Shown here piece by piece: positions 8,702 through 19,195 of a stretch of DNA of 59,940 bases. This DNA comes from Patescibacteria group bacterium. Its GTDB lineage: Bacteria > Patescibacteriota > JABMPQ01 > JAQVVF01. Made by a program: the position numbers and the translations under genes. The DNA lies in contig JBAZSC010000004.1 of NCBI GenBank assembly GCA_041662665.1, forward strand, positions 76,464 through 136,403. The letters run 5' to 3'. How positions within the stretch are numbered: the first letter of the stretch is position 1; the number at the start of each line of letters is the position of its first letter. The notes beneath the pieces were generated by a model that was given only the letters and a program-made list of their open reading frames with translations, made no database searches and was not told the DNA's origin.

Positions 8702-10573
8702 CTATATTTTATACCGAATGTCAGACATTAATTCATAATATTTCCTAATAATTCTTCTTGCTCCAACAGCAGACCACAATTGAACTTTGCTCATTCTTCC
8801 GCCCACATTAGATTGCTCTGTCCAAAATCTCGCCTTGCCTTGATCATCACAATAATGCAATTCTGGAATCATTTTTAATTTATCAAAAGCTTTGATCATA
8901 TTCTCGCAAGTCACCAATAATGTTTTTTTAATTAATTTTTGCAAATCTTTATCCCATTCTTCAACAATAGATTTTTTTAAATGTTTTGATAATCCCAAAA
9001 CAATATAAGCTGTTTGTTTTGTCCAAATAACCAAGCCATGATAATCCATTGTCGTAAATCCAGCTTTATCACTTTGGCCAACCAATACCGGACCTGCATC
9101 TGTATAAAAATATTTTTTGTCTAATAATCTTTTGCAAAAACTTTCAATCTCATTCTTGCTTCCATCACAATATGTATATAAATAGGATTCATCGATATGA
9201 TTAACTTTATACTGTTTGTATTTTATTTTTTTGCCTTTCTTTTCACCTTCTACGTCATACAATGCCAAAGCATATGCCAATAGGCCATCTTCGTTCTTAA
9301 ATTTATAATAACCTTTTACTTTATTCCATTTTTTTATTAAGTCATCGATATCCGGTATTGTCATTCCAAGTTTTTCTTGATAATCTTTCAGCACTCTTAA
9401 TGCTTCAGGATAAAAAACTACATTTACATCAAATGGCGCGATCTTTGGCGATATTTTTTTGTACGACCATTCTGAATCTCGCCAATCTCCCATTTCGTAA
9501 TATTTTTTATCTTTTGTTTGCAATTCTTTCGGTAATTTTTTAAATAAAATTAAATTATTTTCTCGTGCTTGTTTTAAAATATAGTTAGCAGTTAATTTTA
9601 TTTTTTCTTTATTTTCTTTATTTATCAAAAAATCATTTGACAGCATTTTTAAACCGAAAATATAATGAGGTTCAATATCAATCATTCTTCTATTAAAAAT
9701 ATCTTTTCCAGCTAATTGATGTTCATATTTATATTCTCCGACAACATCTTCATGCCAGCCTTCTCCATCTTTATCAATATTTTTTAAAGAAACTTCATAC
9801 ATATAATCTCGCACTTTTGGCAAAAGATCATGTACTCCTAAATCTGAAGTTTCCATCCAATCTCGTGGAAAAATTGTCCCATAATAATCACCAGATGTTT
9901 TACCCCATGTTATCAAATGCCTTACTTCAACCTCAGTCATTTTCCAAAAATATTCTACTGTTTTTTTGTATTTTCCAAATGTGTCAAAATTGAATTCTAT
10001 TGGTTCAAAAAAACTTTTAATTTTGCTTCTATTGATATCATTGGTTGAAGAAATAATTCGAAAATTGATTTCTCCTTTTTTAGTCATATCAGAAATTTGA
10101 TGCCCTTTGTACGGACTATCAATGCTTTCAATCACAACATCATTTGAAGTAAATTCAAATAATGTTTGATACCAATATTTTTCACCATAAAATCTTTTAT
10201 AAACTAGCAAATCACTAAAACCTACCTTTCGATGTTTCACAACTTGCGGTACTAATTTATCAAAAAAATTTTGCCTAATTTCCAAAAAACTGACAAACGG
10301 TTTTGCTGCATATTCTTTAGTAATCAAACTTCGCATTGTTCTAATATCATCCATTGCTGGATAATACAAATTAACTCTTTCTGACAAAAAAGTTCCATCA
10401 ATTTTTACTTTTCCATTAGTTGATTCAACTTTATTAATTTTTATTTTATGTCTCGGAATATCTATTAGCCCAAGATAAAGATGATTGTTCGGTCCGATTA
10501 TTCTAAATTGGCCAAGTTCATCAAAATCAATATAATATCCTCCCTCTATCCACAAATCTTTGTCTAGTTTCAT
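8702..10573 (-). CDS. putative (alpha/alpha)6-barrel glycoside hydrolase-like protein
   Basis: FPRDW and QLWSAVGA motifs resemble amylo-alpha-1,6-glucosidase / GH15-GH63-type barrels; assignment weak. Confidence 0.45.
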   Translation of the reverse strand: MKLDKDLWIEGGYYIDFDELGQFRIIGPNNHLYLGLIDIPRHKIKINKVESTNGKVKIDGTFLSERVNLYYPAMDDIRTMRSLITKEYAAKPFVSFLEIRQNFFDKLVPQVVKHRKVGFSDLLVYKRFYGEKYWYQTLFEFTSNDVVIESIDSPYKGHQISDMTKKGEINFRIISSTNDINRSKIKSFFEPIEFNFDTFGKYKKTVEYFWKMTEVEVRHLITWGKTSGDYYGTIFPRDWMETSDLGVHDLLPKVRDYMYEVSLKNIDKDGEGWHEDVVGEYKYEHQLAGKDIFNRRMIDIEPHYIFGLKMLSNDFLINKENKEKIKLTANYILKQARENNLILFKKLPKELQTKDKKYYEMGDWRDSEWSYKKISPKIAPFDVNVVFYPEALRVLKDYQEKLGMTIPDIDDLIKKWNKVKGYYKFKNEDGLLAYALALYDVEGEKKGKKIKYKQYKVNHIDESYLYTYCDGSKNEIESFCKRLLDKKYFYTDAGPVLVGQSDKAGFTTMDYHGLVIWTKQTAYIVLGLSKHLKKSIVEEWDKDLQKLIKKTLLVTCENMIKAFDKLKMIPELHYCDDQGKARFWTEQSNVGGRMSKVQLWSAVGARRIIRKYYELMSDIRYKI

Positions 10574-10589
10574 ATTAAAAAATAATAAA

Positions 10590-11642
10590 TTAGATAAATT
10601 TAAACCATTTTTTCCAATTTTGTTTATCTATTAACTTTTGATAAACTTCTTCATAACCATCAACCATTTTTTCAATCGTAAAATGTTGCATAACTCTTTT
10701 CCTACAATTCTCACGATCAATTGATTTGATTTTTTTGATCGCTGCTGCCGCTTCTCTAATATTTTTTACTAAATAACCAGTTTTGCCATCTTCAATTATT
10801 TCTTTTGTTGCACCATTGTCATAGGCAATTACTGGCGTGCCACAAGACATTGCCTCAATCATTACTAAACCAAATGGTTCTCTCCATTGCACTGGAAAAA
10901 TCAAAGCTTCAGCACCTTGTAATAATTTGATTTTTTCTTTTTGTTGAACAGGACCAACATATTTTATTTGTTTATTATCAATAAAAGGTTTAATTTCTTT
11001 TTGATAATAAAGATCTTTTTTACTATCCAATTTTGCCGCAATAATTAATTTTTTACCTGCTAATTTTGCAATTTTGATCGCTTCAGCAGTACCCTTTTCT
11101 TTGCAGATTCTGCCCAAAAATAAAATATAATCTTTTGGCTTAAAATTAAAACTATATTTTTCAGTATCTAAACCATGATAAACAGTCGATACATAATTTA
11201 ATTCTGGCAAAGGCTTTCTTTGACTATTTGAAATTGAAGTAAAAAAACATTTTTTATAATCTCGATAAAATTTCTTTGCCATTACATCTTCCAAATTTAT
11301 ATGGAAAGTTGTTACAATCGGAGTTTTTACTAAATTCACCAAAGGCAAAATATGCCAAGATAAGTGGCTATGAATTACATCATACTTTTTTGCATCTTCT
11401 AATAATTTGCTTGTCAACCATTGTACATACATCAAATAAACTTCTTTATCAATATTCTTCAGAGGTTTATAACAAACTGATTCAATATTAGCTAATGTTT
11501 TTGAATCTCCAGAAGCATACAATGTTACTTTATGTTTTCTTCTAACTAATTCCTCGCAAATTAAACCGACTACCATTTCAATTCCTCCATAATCAATCGG
11601 CGGCACTCTTTCCACAATTGGTGAAATTAATGCTATTCTCAT
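10590..11642 (-). CDS. GT4-family glycosyltransferase
   Basis: N-terminal PPIDYGGIEMVV...; EX7E region EPFGLVMIEAMSCGTPVIA. Confidence 0.85.
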   Translation of the reverse strand: MRIALISPIVERVPPIDYGGIEMVVGLICEELVRRKHKVTLYASGDSKTLANIESVCYKPLKNIDKEVYLMYVQWLTSKLLEDAKKYDVIHSHLSWHILPLVNLVKTPIVTTFHINLEDVMAKKFYRDYKKCFFTSISNSQRKPLPELNYVSTVYHGLDTEKYSFNFKPKDYILFLGRICKEKGTAEAIKIAKLAGKKLIIAAKLDSKKDLYYQKEIKPFIDNKQIKYVGPVQQKEKIKLLQGAEALIFPVQWREPFGLVMIEAMSCGTPVIAYDNGATKEIIEDGKTGYLVKNIREAAAAIKKIKSIDRENCRKRVMQHFTIEKMVDGYEEVYQKLIDKQNWKKWFKFI

Positions 11643-11652
11643 ATTTAAATTT

Positions 11653-12681
11653 TTATTTTTTACTAACTAATTGTTCGTAAATTTTTAAATAATTATCTGC
11701 CATTTTCTCAACAGTAAATTTTTCTTGAACAATTTTTCGACAATCAGATCTTCTAATTTTATCAATCATTTTTACTGATTTTTCCATTTCCGTAATATCA
11801 TTAACTATAAAACCAGTTTTACCATTTTCAACAATTTCTGGGATTGCTCCTTTATTAAATGTAATGACTGGCGTTCCGCATGCCATTGCTTCAATTAAAA
11901 CCAAGCCAAAAGCTTCGTTCCAACTTATTGGAAAAATAAAAGCTTTAGCTTTTTTCATAATCTTGTTTCGCATCTGTGGTGTAATCTCGCCTAAAAATTT
12001 TATTTGGTCATCATCAATAAAAGGTTCTATTTTTTCTTTATAAAAATTTTCAAATTCTGGTCTTCTATCACCAGCAATTAACAACTTTTCGCCTGTTTTT
12101 TTTGCAACCTCTATTGCTTTGTCAGCACCTTTTTCTGGAGAAATCGTTCCCACAAAAAACAAATATTCGCCGGAATTCTCACTAAATTCAAATTTGCTCA
12201 AATCAATACCATGATAAACAGTATCCAAATAATTTAATTCTGGCCATAAATTTCTTTGAGCATCACTAATTGAAACAAAATTTTCTTTGCTATAAGTTTC
12301 CGCTAATTTTTCTAATTCTCTTTTACTGCTATGCAAAGTTGTCAGAGTCGGAGTTTTTACTAATCTCGCAAATGGCAACATTGTAAAACCAACATGATTA
12401 TGAATTACATCAAATTGATTAGCCATTTCATAACATTTTCCACCATTAATCAAATCCATATAAAAATAATTCCAATCAAATTTTCCAAGCATCTCATACA
12501 ATGATTTATCAATTATCGAAAATAATTTTGCTTTTGTTTTTGACGTCCCACAAGCAAATAATGTTACTTCATGGCCTCTTTTTACCAATTCTTCAGTCAA
12601 TAGACTAACTACAACTTCTGTTCCTCCATATTTTATTGGAGGTACTCTTTTCCACAATGGCGCTAAAATTGCTATTTTCAT
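11653..12681 (-). CDS. GT4-family glycosyltransferase (paralog of 10590..11642)
   Basis: PPIKYGGTEVVV; EAFGLVLIEAMACGTPVIT. Confidence 0.85.
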   Translation of the reverse strand: MKIAILAPLWKRVPPIKYGGTEVVVSLLTEELVKRGHEVTLFACGTSKTKAKLFSIIDKSLYEMLGKFDWNYFYMDLINGGKCYEMANQFDVIHNHVGFTMLPFARLVKTPTLTTLHSSKRELEKLAETYSKENFVSISDAQRNLWPELNYLDTVYHGIDLSKFEFSENSGEYLFFVGTISPEKGADKAIEVAKKTGEKLLIAGDRRPEFENFYKEKIEPFIDDDQIKFLGEITPQMRNKIMKKAKAFIFPISWNEAFGLVLIEAMACGTPVITFNKGAIPEIVENGKTGFIVNDITEMEKSVKMIDKIRRSDCRKIVQEKFTVEKMADNYLKIYEQLVSKK

Positions 12682-14474
12682 AATTTATGTTCCTTGCCTT
12701 GTTCTAAAACATTTAAAACAAAATTGTATGATGTTGTTGAAAAAATTAACGCATAAATAATTAATAAAACAGCAATTAACCATGATTCGAAGCCTCCAAT
12801 CACAACGACAATACTAATCGCGAAAAATAGACAGATTAAAGTGATTGCTAACTCTTTGAAGGCATATTTCCAATTATCTCTTATTTTTGGCCGATGCGTA
12901 AATTTTGATGTACGTTTAAAAACAAATTGCTTAGTAATAAAACCATCCAGCGTCGCATACGCCATTGCTAATGTCAAAGAATAAAATGACACTAAAGCCC
13001 AAAACATTGTTGAAAATTTTTGTTTTATTAAATTTTTCAATATATATAAAAACCCAAAAGTTCTTCTAAAAATATATGATCCTATTGTAAACATTATAAC
13101 AAACAAAATTGGCCAAGAAAATGCCATTCCAAAATTATAAAGTATTACTAAAATCAGCAAAATTATTGTTACTGGCAACAAAAGATTCATCCAAATACTA
13201 ATCGCTGCAAAATAATTTACTTTCTGCCAAAAATTTAAACCAGATTTTACACCAGGTAAAAATTTTTTCCAATGTTGCTTTAAGACTTGAACATTGCCGA
13301 ACGTCCATCTCTCTCTTTGTTTTTTATAACTTTTGAATTCATCAGGTATAAATCCTTTTCCAAAAGCTTTATCAATATAAACAGTTTTATATCCTTTTGA
13401 ATGAACTCGAAAACCAACTTCTATATCTTCAGTTATAGTTTTCTCACTCCATTCTCCAATAGTTTCCAAAATATTTTTTCTAAACAATCCCATTGTCCCC
13501 ATAAAAGATGCTGCATTATCCATATTATTAGAAATCATATTTACCGCAAAAAAATATCGGTATACCCAAAAACAAGAGACAAAATACTTGCTCCATTCCC
13601 AACCGCGAAAACTTTGCGGAGTCTGGACAATTGCAATTTTTTCATCTTCAAAATAACCAACAGTTTCTTTCAAAAATTCAGGAACAACTAAATAATCCGC
13701 ATCTATTACACAAATAATTTCAGAATCAGATGCAGTATGTTTCAAAGCTAAATTCAAAGCTCCGGCTTTAAAACCAGATAATTCACCAACATGAAAAAAC
13801 TTAAATTTTTCTGACTTTTCCTTACAATATTTTTCTACTGGTCGCCATAATGCCTCTTCTTCTGTCCCATTATCAACAACAATCACTTCAAAATTCGGAT
13901 AATTTAATCTCTCAAGTCCTGCTAAAGTTTCAATTACCATTTCAGGTGGTTCTTTTTTTGTTGGAATATGTATCGAAACTTTTGGATATCTTTTTAACGG
14001 CTTATCCCATGGCTTGCTGATTCTAATATTTCTGATTCTGAACAATGAATTCATCTGCGTAAAAACTTCCGCCAAACATAATAATGCTTCAGCAACAAAT
14101 AATATTAATAAGATTATTAATATTATTCCTTCAACTAAAGAAAAACTTGTGATTAAAAAAATAACAGCGTACAGAAATAATGAAACAAATGAATAAATCA
14201 ATGAGCTATACAACAAATTAGCCAACGAACTCCAAACTGAAAAAATTTTTGCCACCAACAAATTCACAACTAAAAATGCCAATCCAAAAATAATCAAAGT
14301 CACAAAATCATCCACATAAAAATTAGTTAAAAACATTGCAACCAAACTGACAAAAAAAGACAAAAATATCGAGCAAAAAAGTGATCCAAATTTATACCTT
14401 TTTCCAAAAATAATTACACAAAAAAGCGACAACAAAAACAGCATAAACGAAAAAAACAGATTTAAAATTATCAT
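12678..14474 (-). CDS. processive GT2 polysaccharide synthase (cellulose/chitin/PNAG-synthase-like), polytopic
   Basis: VIDADY, QTPQSF, TEDIE and QRERW (QxxRW) motifs; N- and C-terminal TM bundles. Confidence 0.8.
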   Translation of the reverse strand: MIILNLFFSFMLFLLSLFCVIIFGKRYKFGSLFCSIFLSFFVSLVAMFLTNFYVDDFVTLIIFGLAFLVVNLLVAKIFSVWSSLANLLYSSLIYSFVSLFLYAVIFLITSFSLVEGIILIILLILFVAEALLCLAEVFTQMNSLFRIRNIRISKPWDKPLKRYPKVSIHIPTKKEPPEMVIETLAGLERLNYPNFEVIVVDNGTEEEALWRPVEKYCKEKSEKFKFFHVGELSGFKAGALNLALKHTASDSEIICVIDADYLVVPEFLKETVGYFEDEKIAIVQTPQSFRGWEWSKYFVSCFWVYRYFFAVNMISNNMDNAASFMGTMGLFRKNILETIGEWSEKTITEDIEVGFRVHSKGYKTVYIDKAFGKGFIPDEFKSYKKQRERWTFGNVQVLKQHWKKFLPGVKSGLNFWQKVNYFAAISIWMNLLLPVTIILLILVILYNFGMAFSWPILFVIMFTIGSYIFRRTFGFLYILKNLIKQKFSTMFWALVSFYSLTLAMAYATLDGFITKQFVFKRTSKFTHRPKIRDNWKYAFKELAITLICLFFAISIVVVIGGFESWLIAVLLIIYALIFSTTSYNFVLNVLEQGKEHKL

Positions 14475-14483
14475 AAATAATAC

Positions 14484-15479
14484 TTATATAAATTTTTTCT
14501 CTGCCATATCTAAATCAAACTTGTGCGCTCTTAATGCTTCTTTTGTCGTCACATAAGATTTTATCGGTTCAAACCAATCATTATATTTCCAAATTATTAT
14601 TTCTCTAACTGACAATTGAATTAAAATTAAAGCAAACATTTTTTCAAATCTCTCTTTATCCTCAATATTTTGTACAAATTCATTATACATTTTGTTGCGC
14701 CATTCTGGATATTTCCAAGCCTGTACCCATAAAAAAGCCAAGTCAGATGCATTGTTGTCAAGATGTACGTCTTCCCAATCAGCTGTATGTATTAATTCAG
14801 ATTTTTTTTCAACAATTTGATTTGAAAGCGAAAAATCTCCATGCGCCAAAACTTTGCATTCTTCATCAAAAAAATTTTTTTTATCTTTAACAATTTTTAA
14901 AAGCTTTTTATACCTATTTTCTCCGATCATTTCAAAAGCTTTTTTTTCATAACTTAAAAATTCTTTTTCATACCAATTTCCATCCCTTTTTTCAAGAATC
15001 GGCAAATTATTACTTTTTAACATTACCTCTGTATTTTTTTGAATACCTGATAAATTGCCAAGAATTCCTTTTATAAACTCGTCTCTTCGTTCCGAATAAT
15101 CTTTATCAAAATCAAAAATTGAACCAATCGGCTTTCCATCAACAAAATAAAATAATGCCCATCTTATTTTTCCATCGATTCCCTCTTTTCTGTAAAGTTG
15201 GACATTCAAATTATTTTTATTTTTTAATTCAACCACTGTCTTGTTCAACCAAATTTCTCTAGCAAAAGCTTCATTTGTCTCTTGTTCATCAACAATGTTT
15301 GCTTTAAAAAAATATTTCTTATTATCTTTGTCTAAACAAATCGCATAATAATATCGTTTTAAATCTTTTATTCTTTTTTCCATCGTATGCTTCACTGATT
15401 CAACTGGCTGCAAATTCAAATCCTGCAAAATTTTCCTTAATTTATTCTCTGCTTCTGGAATAAAATTTCGAGTTTGCAT
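14484..15479 (-). CDS. APH/choline-kinase-family phosphotransferase
   Basis: HGDFSLSNQIV catalytic loop and DWEDV motif. Confidence 0.7.
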   Translation of the reverse strand: MQTRNFIPEAENKLRKILQDLNLQPVESVKHTMEKRIKDLKRYYYAICLDKDNKKYFFKANIVDEQETNEAFAREIWLNKTVVELKNKNNLNVQLYRKEGIDGKIRWALFYFVDGKPIGSIFDFDKDYSERRDEFIKGILGNLSGIQKNTEVMLKSNNLPILEKRDGNWYEKEFLSYEKKAFEMIGENRYKKLLKIVKDKKNFFDEECKVLAHGDFSLSNQIVEKKSELIHTADWEDVHLDNNASDLAFLWVQAWKYPEWRNKMYNEFVQNIEDKERFEKMFALILIQLSVREIIIWKYNDWFEPIKSYVTTKEALRAHKFDLDMAEKKFI

Positions 15480-15488
15480 AAATATTTT

Positions 15489-16394
15489 TTATAAATTCTC
15501 TAAAATTAATTCCACTATCAAATCAGAAACATTTTTGTGAGCTTCTTTAAAAGCTTCCGGATAAAATCCAGGAAAATTATTTTCATCAACTATTTTATAA
15601 CCATCAGCTGTCTTAATAAAATCAAAACCAACAATTGATTTGTCTAAAATTTCTGCTGCCTTTTCGGCATAATCTTTAACAGGCGACGGATCAACATAAT
15701 ACGCTCCTCCACCTGCTCCTTTAACATCATACACTTTCCAATCAGCAAATTTTTCTTCTTTTTTCCTATATCCATAGACAATTTTTCCGTTGATTAATGT
15801 TGTACTTATCCAAGCTTTTTTGTCATTTTCATAAAACTTTTCTACAAAAATTTTATTCTGACCATAAGATTTTAACATGCCAGCTATATCTCTTAAAGTT
15901 TCAAAATCTTTAACTTTTATAATTCCTCTGCCAAAACTTCCAAATCTCGGTTTAACTAAAATCTCTTTCCAGTCATTCAGAATCTTTTTCATAGTTTCAA
16001 GATCATCATAAGGAATCAAAGCAAAATCAGCAATTGGCAAACCTTTTTCTTTCAAAGTCACATGCGTCTTAAATTTATCATTAATCAATTCTAATGATTC
16101 AGGATTTTTAATAACCTTTATTACTTTTGATAAAGCTTTGTATTCATTTATATTTCTGCCAGGCGCATACCAAAAGAATAAATCACATTTGCTCAAATTA
16201 ACATTATCGCACCAAAAATCAGTGTTCAGTACTTTTAAATTATTAAAATTAACATTACCTAAAAATTCAATTTCAGAATTCTGTTTCAATTTTTCTTCAA
16301 TTTTCAGAACCTCTTCTTTGCTCAAGAAACCAGTTTGTTTTTTAGTTGAATTATCAATACTTAACAAAAAAATCGCCACTTTTTTCTTACTCAT
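15489..16394 (-). CDS. RimK-like ATP-grasp ligase
   Basis: LVKPRFGSFGRGI, VEKFYE, DENNFPGF segments typical of the ATP-grasp fold. Confidence 0.65.
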   Translation of the reverse strand: MSKKKVAIFLLSIDNSTKKQTGFLSKEEVLKIEEKLKQNSEIEFLGNVNFNNLKVLNTDFWCDNVNLSKCDLFFWYAPGRNINEYKALSKVIKVIKNPESLELINDKFKTHVTLKEKGLPIADFALIPYDDLETMKKILNDWKEILVKPRFGSFGRGIIKVKDFETLRDIAGMLKSYGQNKIFVEKFYENDKKAWISTTLINGKIVYGYRKKEEKFADWKVYDVKGAGGGAYYVDPSPVKDYAEKAAEILDKSIVGFDFIKTADGYKIVDENNFPGFYPEAFKEAHKNVSDLIVELILENL

Positions 16395-16453
16395 AAATAT
16401 ATTTAAAAATATTTTTACTAAACAGCTAATCCTGTGCCCTAAAAACCTAAGCC

Positions 16454-17899
16454 CTAAGCACTAACAAGTCCCAATTCTTCATAAACAGCTTTTACGACGT
16501 TCTTCATCCAGCCATTTAATTCCTTGCCATCATGTTCAGAAATTTCTTCGTTTGCAATAATTTTTAAAATTTTTCCATTTTTTGCATACACTAAATTTTT
16601 TGTTGGCACGCCATCAGTTAAAATAAATTCACCTGCATTTTTGATATCAATCAACTCAACGCCTAATCTTAAAAATTCTATTTTTTCATTATTCAATTTA
16701 TAAACTCCGCCTTTTAATTCTTTTCCACATTTGACATCTTTTCCTAATGGATTAAAAATTAGTAGATGCCCGCCATTTCTTTTTTTATCTTTTTTAAAAA
16801 CTTGCTCATTCTTAATTTTGTATGGAATATTTAAAAATTCTAAAATATGAAATGAAACAATAGGCACTTCTCCTTTATCAAGTTGTACAAAAACAGAAGC
16901 TGGAAAAGTTCCTAATAATCTGACATTAATTTCTAATGGCAAAAGTTGGTTATTTTTTTTATCCCAAATCAAATCTAAGCCAAAAATTCCTTTTAATCCT
17001 GCTTCTTTTAATTTCTCGCCGATTTTTGTAACGAGTTCAACACCTTGTTTATTTATTTCATCAGGAATATTTACTGATTGCGACCAATCATGTCCGCAAA
17101 AAACACCTACTGCATTTGTCTTATTTTTCGTCGCTTCTTTGATATCAATTAATTGATATTGGCAATATGATGTCAAAATTCCATTATCTTTTGTAATACA
17201 GCCAGTAATGCTCAAAACTGGTCCTTCCACAAATCTGCTTGCCACAATTTTCATTGCATTATTTCTTTTTTTATTAATCAGATCAAATCTGGCAAAAATT
17301 TTATCCATCACTTCGGCTCGCTCATTTTTATTAAAAAAGAAGGTTCCTCTTCCTCCTCCTTCATCAACAAATTGGATTACAATTTTTTCCCATTCATCAA
17401 ATAAATTGTCCAAATTCTTTTCTAAATCAGCTAGATCAAAAATTTTAATGTCTCGATTTATTTTTAATTCTTCTAAAATTTTATAAAACTCTAATTTACT
17501 GCTAAATCTTTCAAACAATTCAGGACTGTTAGAAAGCATCGTCCAATTATTTTTTTGACAAATTTCTTTTGATTTTTTGGATGGCTTATAAAAATATAAG
17601 GCTGTCTTTCTATTTTTTGCCGAACTATTAATGTGTTCAATAACTTTTTTATCGCTCAAAACTACATCTGGTCTTTTCTCTGGAATTTTATTTGATGATT
17701 CAAAATCAGCCACAAAAACTTTTGTCCTTATTTTCACAGAATCTATTTCTCCAGATAAGTTACCGCATATCACTTCAAAATCTGAAACTAAAGGCCAAAT
17801 TTCCGACCTAGTTGATGGATACCCGCCAACACCAAAAATAGCGACATTATTTTCTGTCAAAATATTTTTAATATCTTCTTTTGAACTAACTATCTTCAT
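16454..17899 (-). CDS. ATP-grasp-fold ligase (divergent)
   Basis: VDEGGGRGTFFF, RFVEGPVLSITG, GLDLIWDKKNNQLLPLEINVR segments. Confidence 0.5.
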   Translation of the reverse strand: MKIVSSKEDIKNILTENNVAIFGVGGYPSTRSEIWPLVSDFEVICGNLSGEIDSVKIRTKVFVADFESSNKIPEKRPDVVLSDKKVIEHINSSAKNRKTALYFYKPSKKSKEICQKNNWTMLSNSPELFERFSSKLEFYKILEELKINRDIKIFDLADLEKNLDNLFDEWEKIVIQFVDEGGGRGTFFFNKNERAEVMDKIFARFDLINKKRNNAMKIVASRFVEGPVLSITGCITKDNGILTSYCQYQLIDIKEATKNKTNAVGVFCGHDWSQSVNIPDEINKQGVELVTKIGEKLKEAGLKGIFGLDLIWDKKNNQLLPLEINVRLLGTFPASVFVQLDKGEVPIVSFHILEFLNIPYKIKNEQVFKKDKKRNGGHLLIFNPLGKDVKCGKELKGGVYKLNNEKIEFLRLGVELIDIKNAGEFILTDGVPTKNLVYAKNGKILKIIANEEISEHDGKELNGWMKNVVKAVYEELGLVSA

Positions 17900-17919
17900 A
17901 ACAAAAAAGTTTTAAAAAT

Positions 17920-19194
17920 CTATTTTTCTGCTTTCAAAGCATTTACAATTTTTATTAAATTCATTCCATGTGATGCTTTAACTAAAATCACATCTTTTTC
18001 TTCTACCATATCCTTAATTCTACCAATCGATTGATCAACATCATTAAAATGCAATGTTTTATTAATATCGAAACCATTGTTAACTGCTTCTTCAGCAATC
18101 TTTGTTGCATCATCACCAATCGTAATTAAAAAATCTACAGTATCGCTACTTATTGTTTTGCCAATTTCGCGATGGCATTGATCTGAAAATTTATGCAACT
18201 CTAATATATTTCCTAAGATAGCAATCTTTCGCCTCTCTTTTGGAAAGACTGCCAATGATTTTAATGCTGCGGTCATTGAACGAACATTGGCATTAAACGT
18301 ATTATTTATAATTATCGAATTTTTTATGCCTGTCACAATATTTCCTCTACCTTCTACTGGCTCAATCTTACTAACAGCATCAATTATTTCATCACGATTC
18401 ATATTATAGATTCTGCCAACTAAAATTGCTGGCAAAATTGCATAGACATGAGCTCTATCAAAAATTTTCGGAACTTTAAAATTTATTGGCTCGTTGTCTT
18501 CTTCTTTAAACACAAAACTTAATCCGTTCTCATTAATTATGACATCAGAAACTCTTGCATTTGCAGATTTATCAAATCCATAAAAAATTATTTTAGCAAC
18601 TGTACATTTTGCCATGTCTTTTACATACGGATCATCAACATTTAACAATGCATTGTGAGAATTTAAACAACCACATTCAACTAAGGCTCTTTTTTTAGAT
18701 GCAATTTCAGAGAGACCACCAAGATTTTCTGCATGCACAATTTCAACAGCAGTTACAACCCGAATATCAGGTTGTAATTTTTCTGTAATAAAACGCAAAT
18801 TATTTCCAGCATAATTGCACCTTAATTCCAAAACTAAATGGGACCAAAATCGCACCCGCTTATTTAACAAAATCCAAAACGCTTTAAAAAAAACATAAAA
18901 TAACCCTAAAAATTGTTTGCGCAATTCACGCACTGGGCTATAACCAAAAATCGACAAAAAAGTAGGAACTCCAGTTGTCAAATCTTTACTAATATATACA
19001 TTCGGATATTTTGTTTTTAAAACCGAATAAATAAAATTAGTTGTTGTTGTTTTTCCAAGACTGCCTGTTACGCCAACAATCTTTGTTTTTCTTTTATCAA
19101 CTACTAATCTAGTTAAAAAAGCCAACGGCTCAAAAACAAAAGTTTGGCGAATTCTATACTTTAAACCTCTAAAAAATTTTATTATTTTTTCCAT
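17920..19194 (-). CDS. Mur-ligase-family protein (MurF/CapB-like)
   Basis: P-loop VGVTGSLGKTTTTN; Mur middle and C-terminal domain-like layout. Confidence 0.75.
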   Translation of the reverse strand: MEKIIKFFRGLKYRIRQTFVFEPLAFLTRLVVDKRKTKIVGVTGSLGKTTTTNFIYSVLKTKYPNVYISKDLTTGVPTFLSIFGYSPVRELRKQFLGLFYVFFKAFWILLNKRVRFWSHLVLELRCNYAGNNLRFITEKLQPDIRVVTAVEIVHAENLGGLSEIASKKRALVECGCLNSHNALLNVDDPYVKDMAKCTVAKIIFYGFDKSANARVSDVIINENGLSFVFKEEDNEPINFKVPKIFDRAHVYAILPAILVGRIYNMNRDEIIDAVSKIEPVEGRGNIVTGIKNSIIINNTFNANVRSMTAALKSLAVFPKERRKIAILGNILELHKFSDQCHREIGKTISSDTVDFLITIGDDATKIAEEAVNNGFDINKTLHFNDVDQSIGRIKDMVEEKDVILVKASHGMNLIKIVNALKAEK

Positions 19195-19195
19195 C

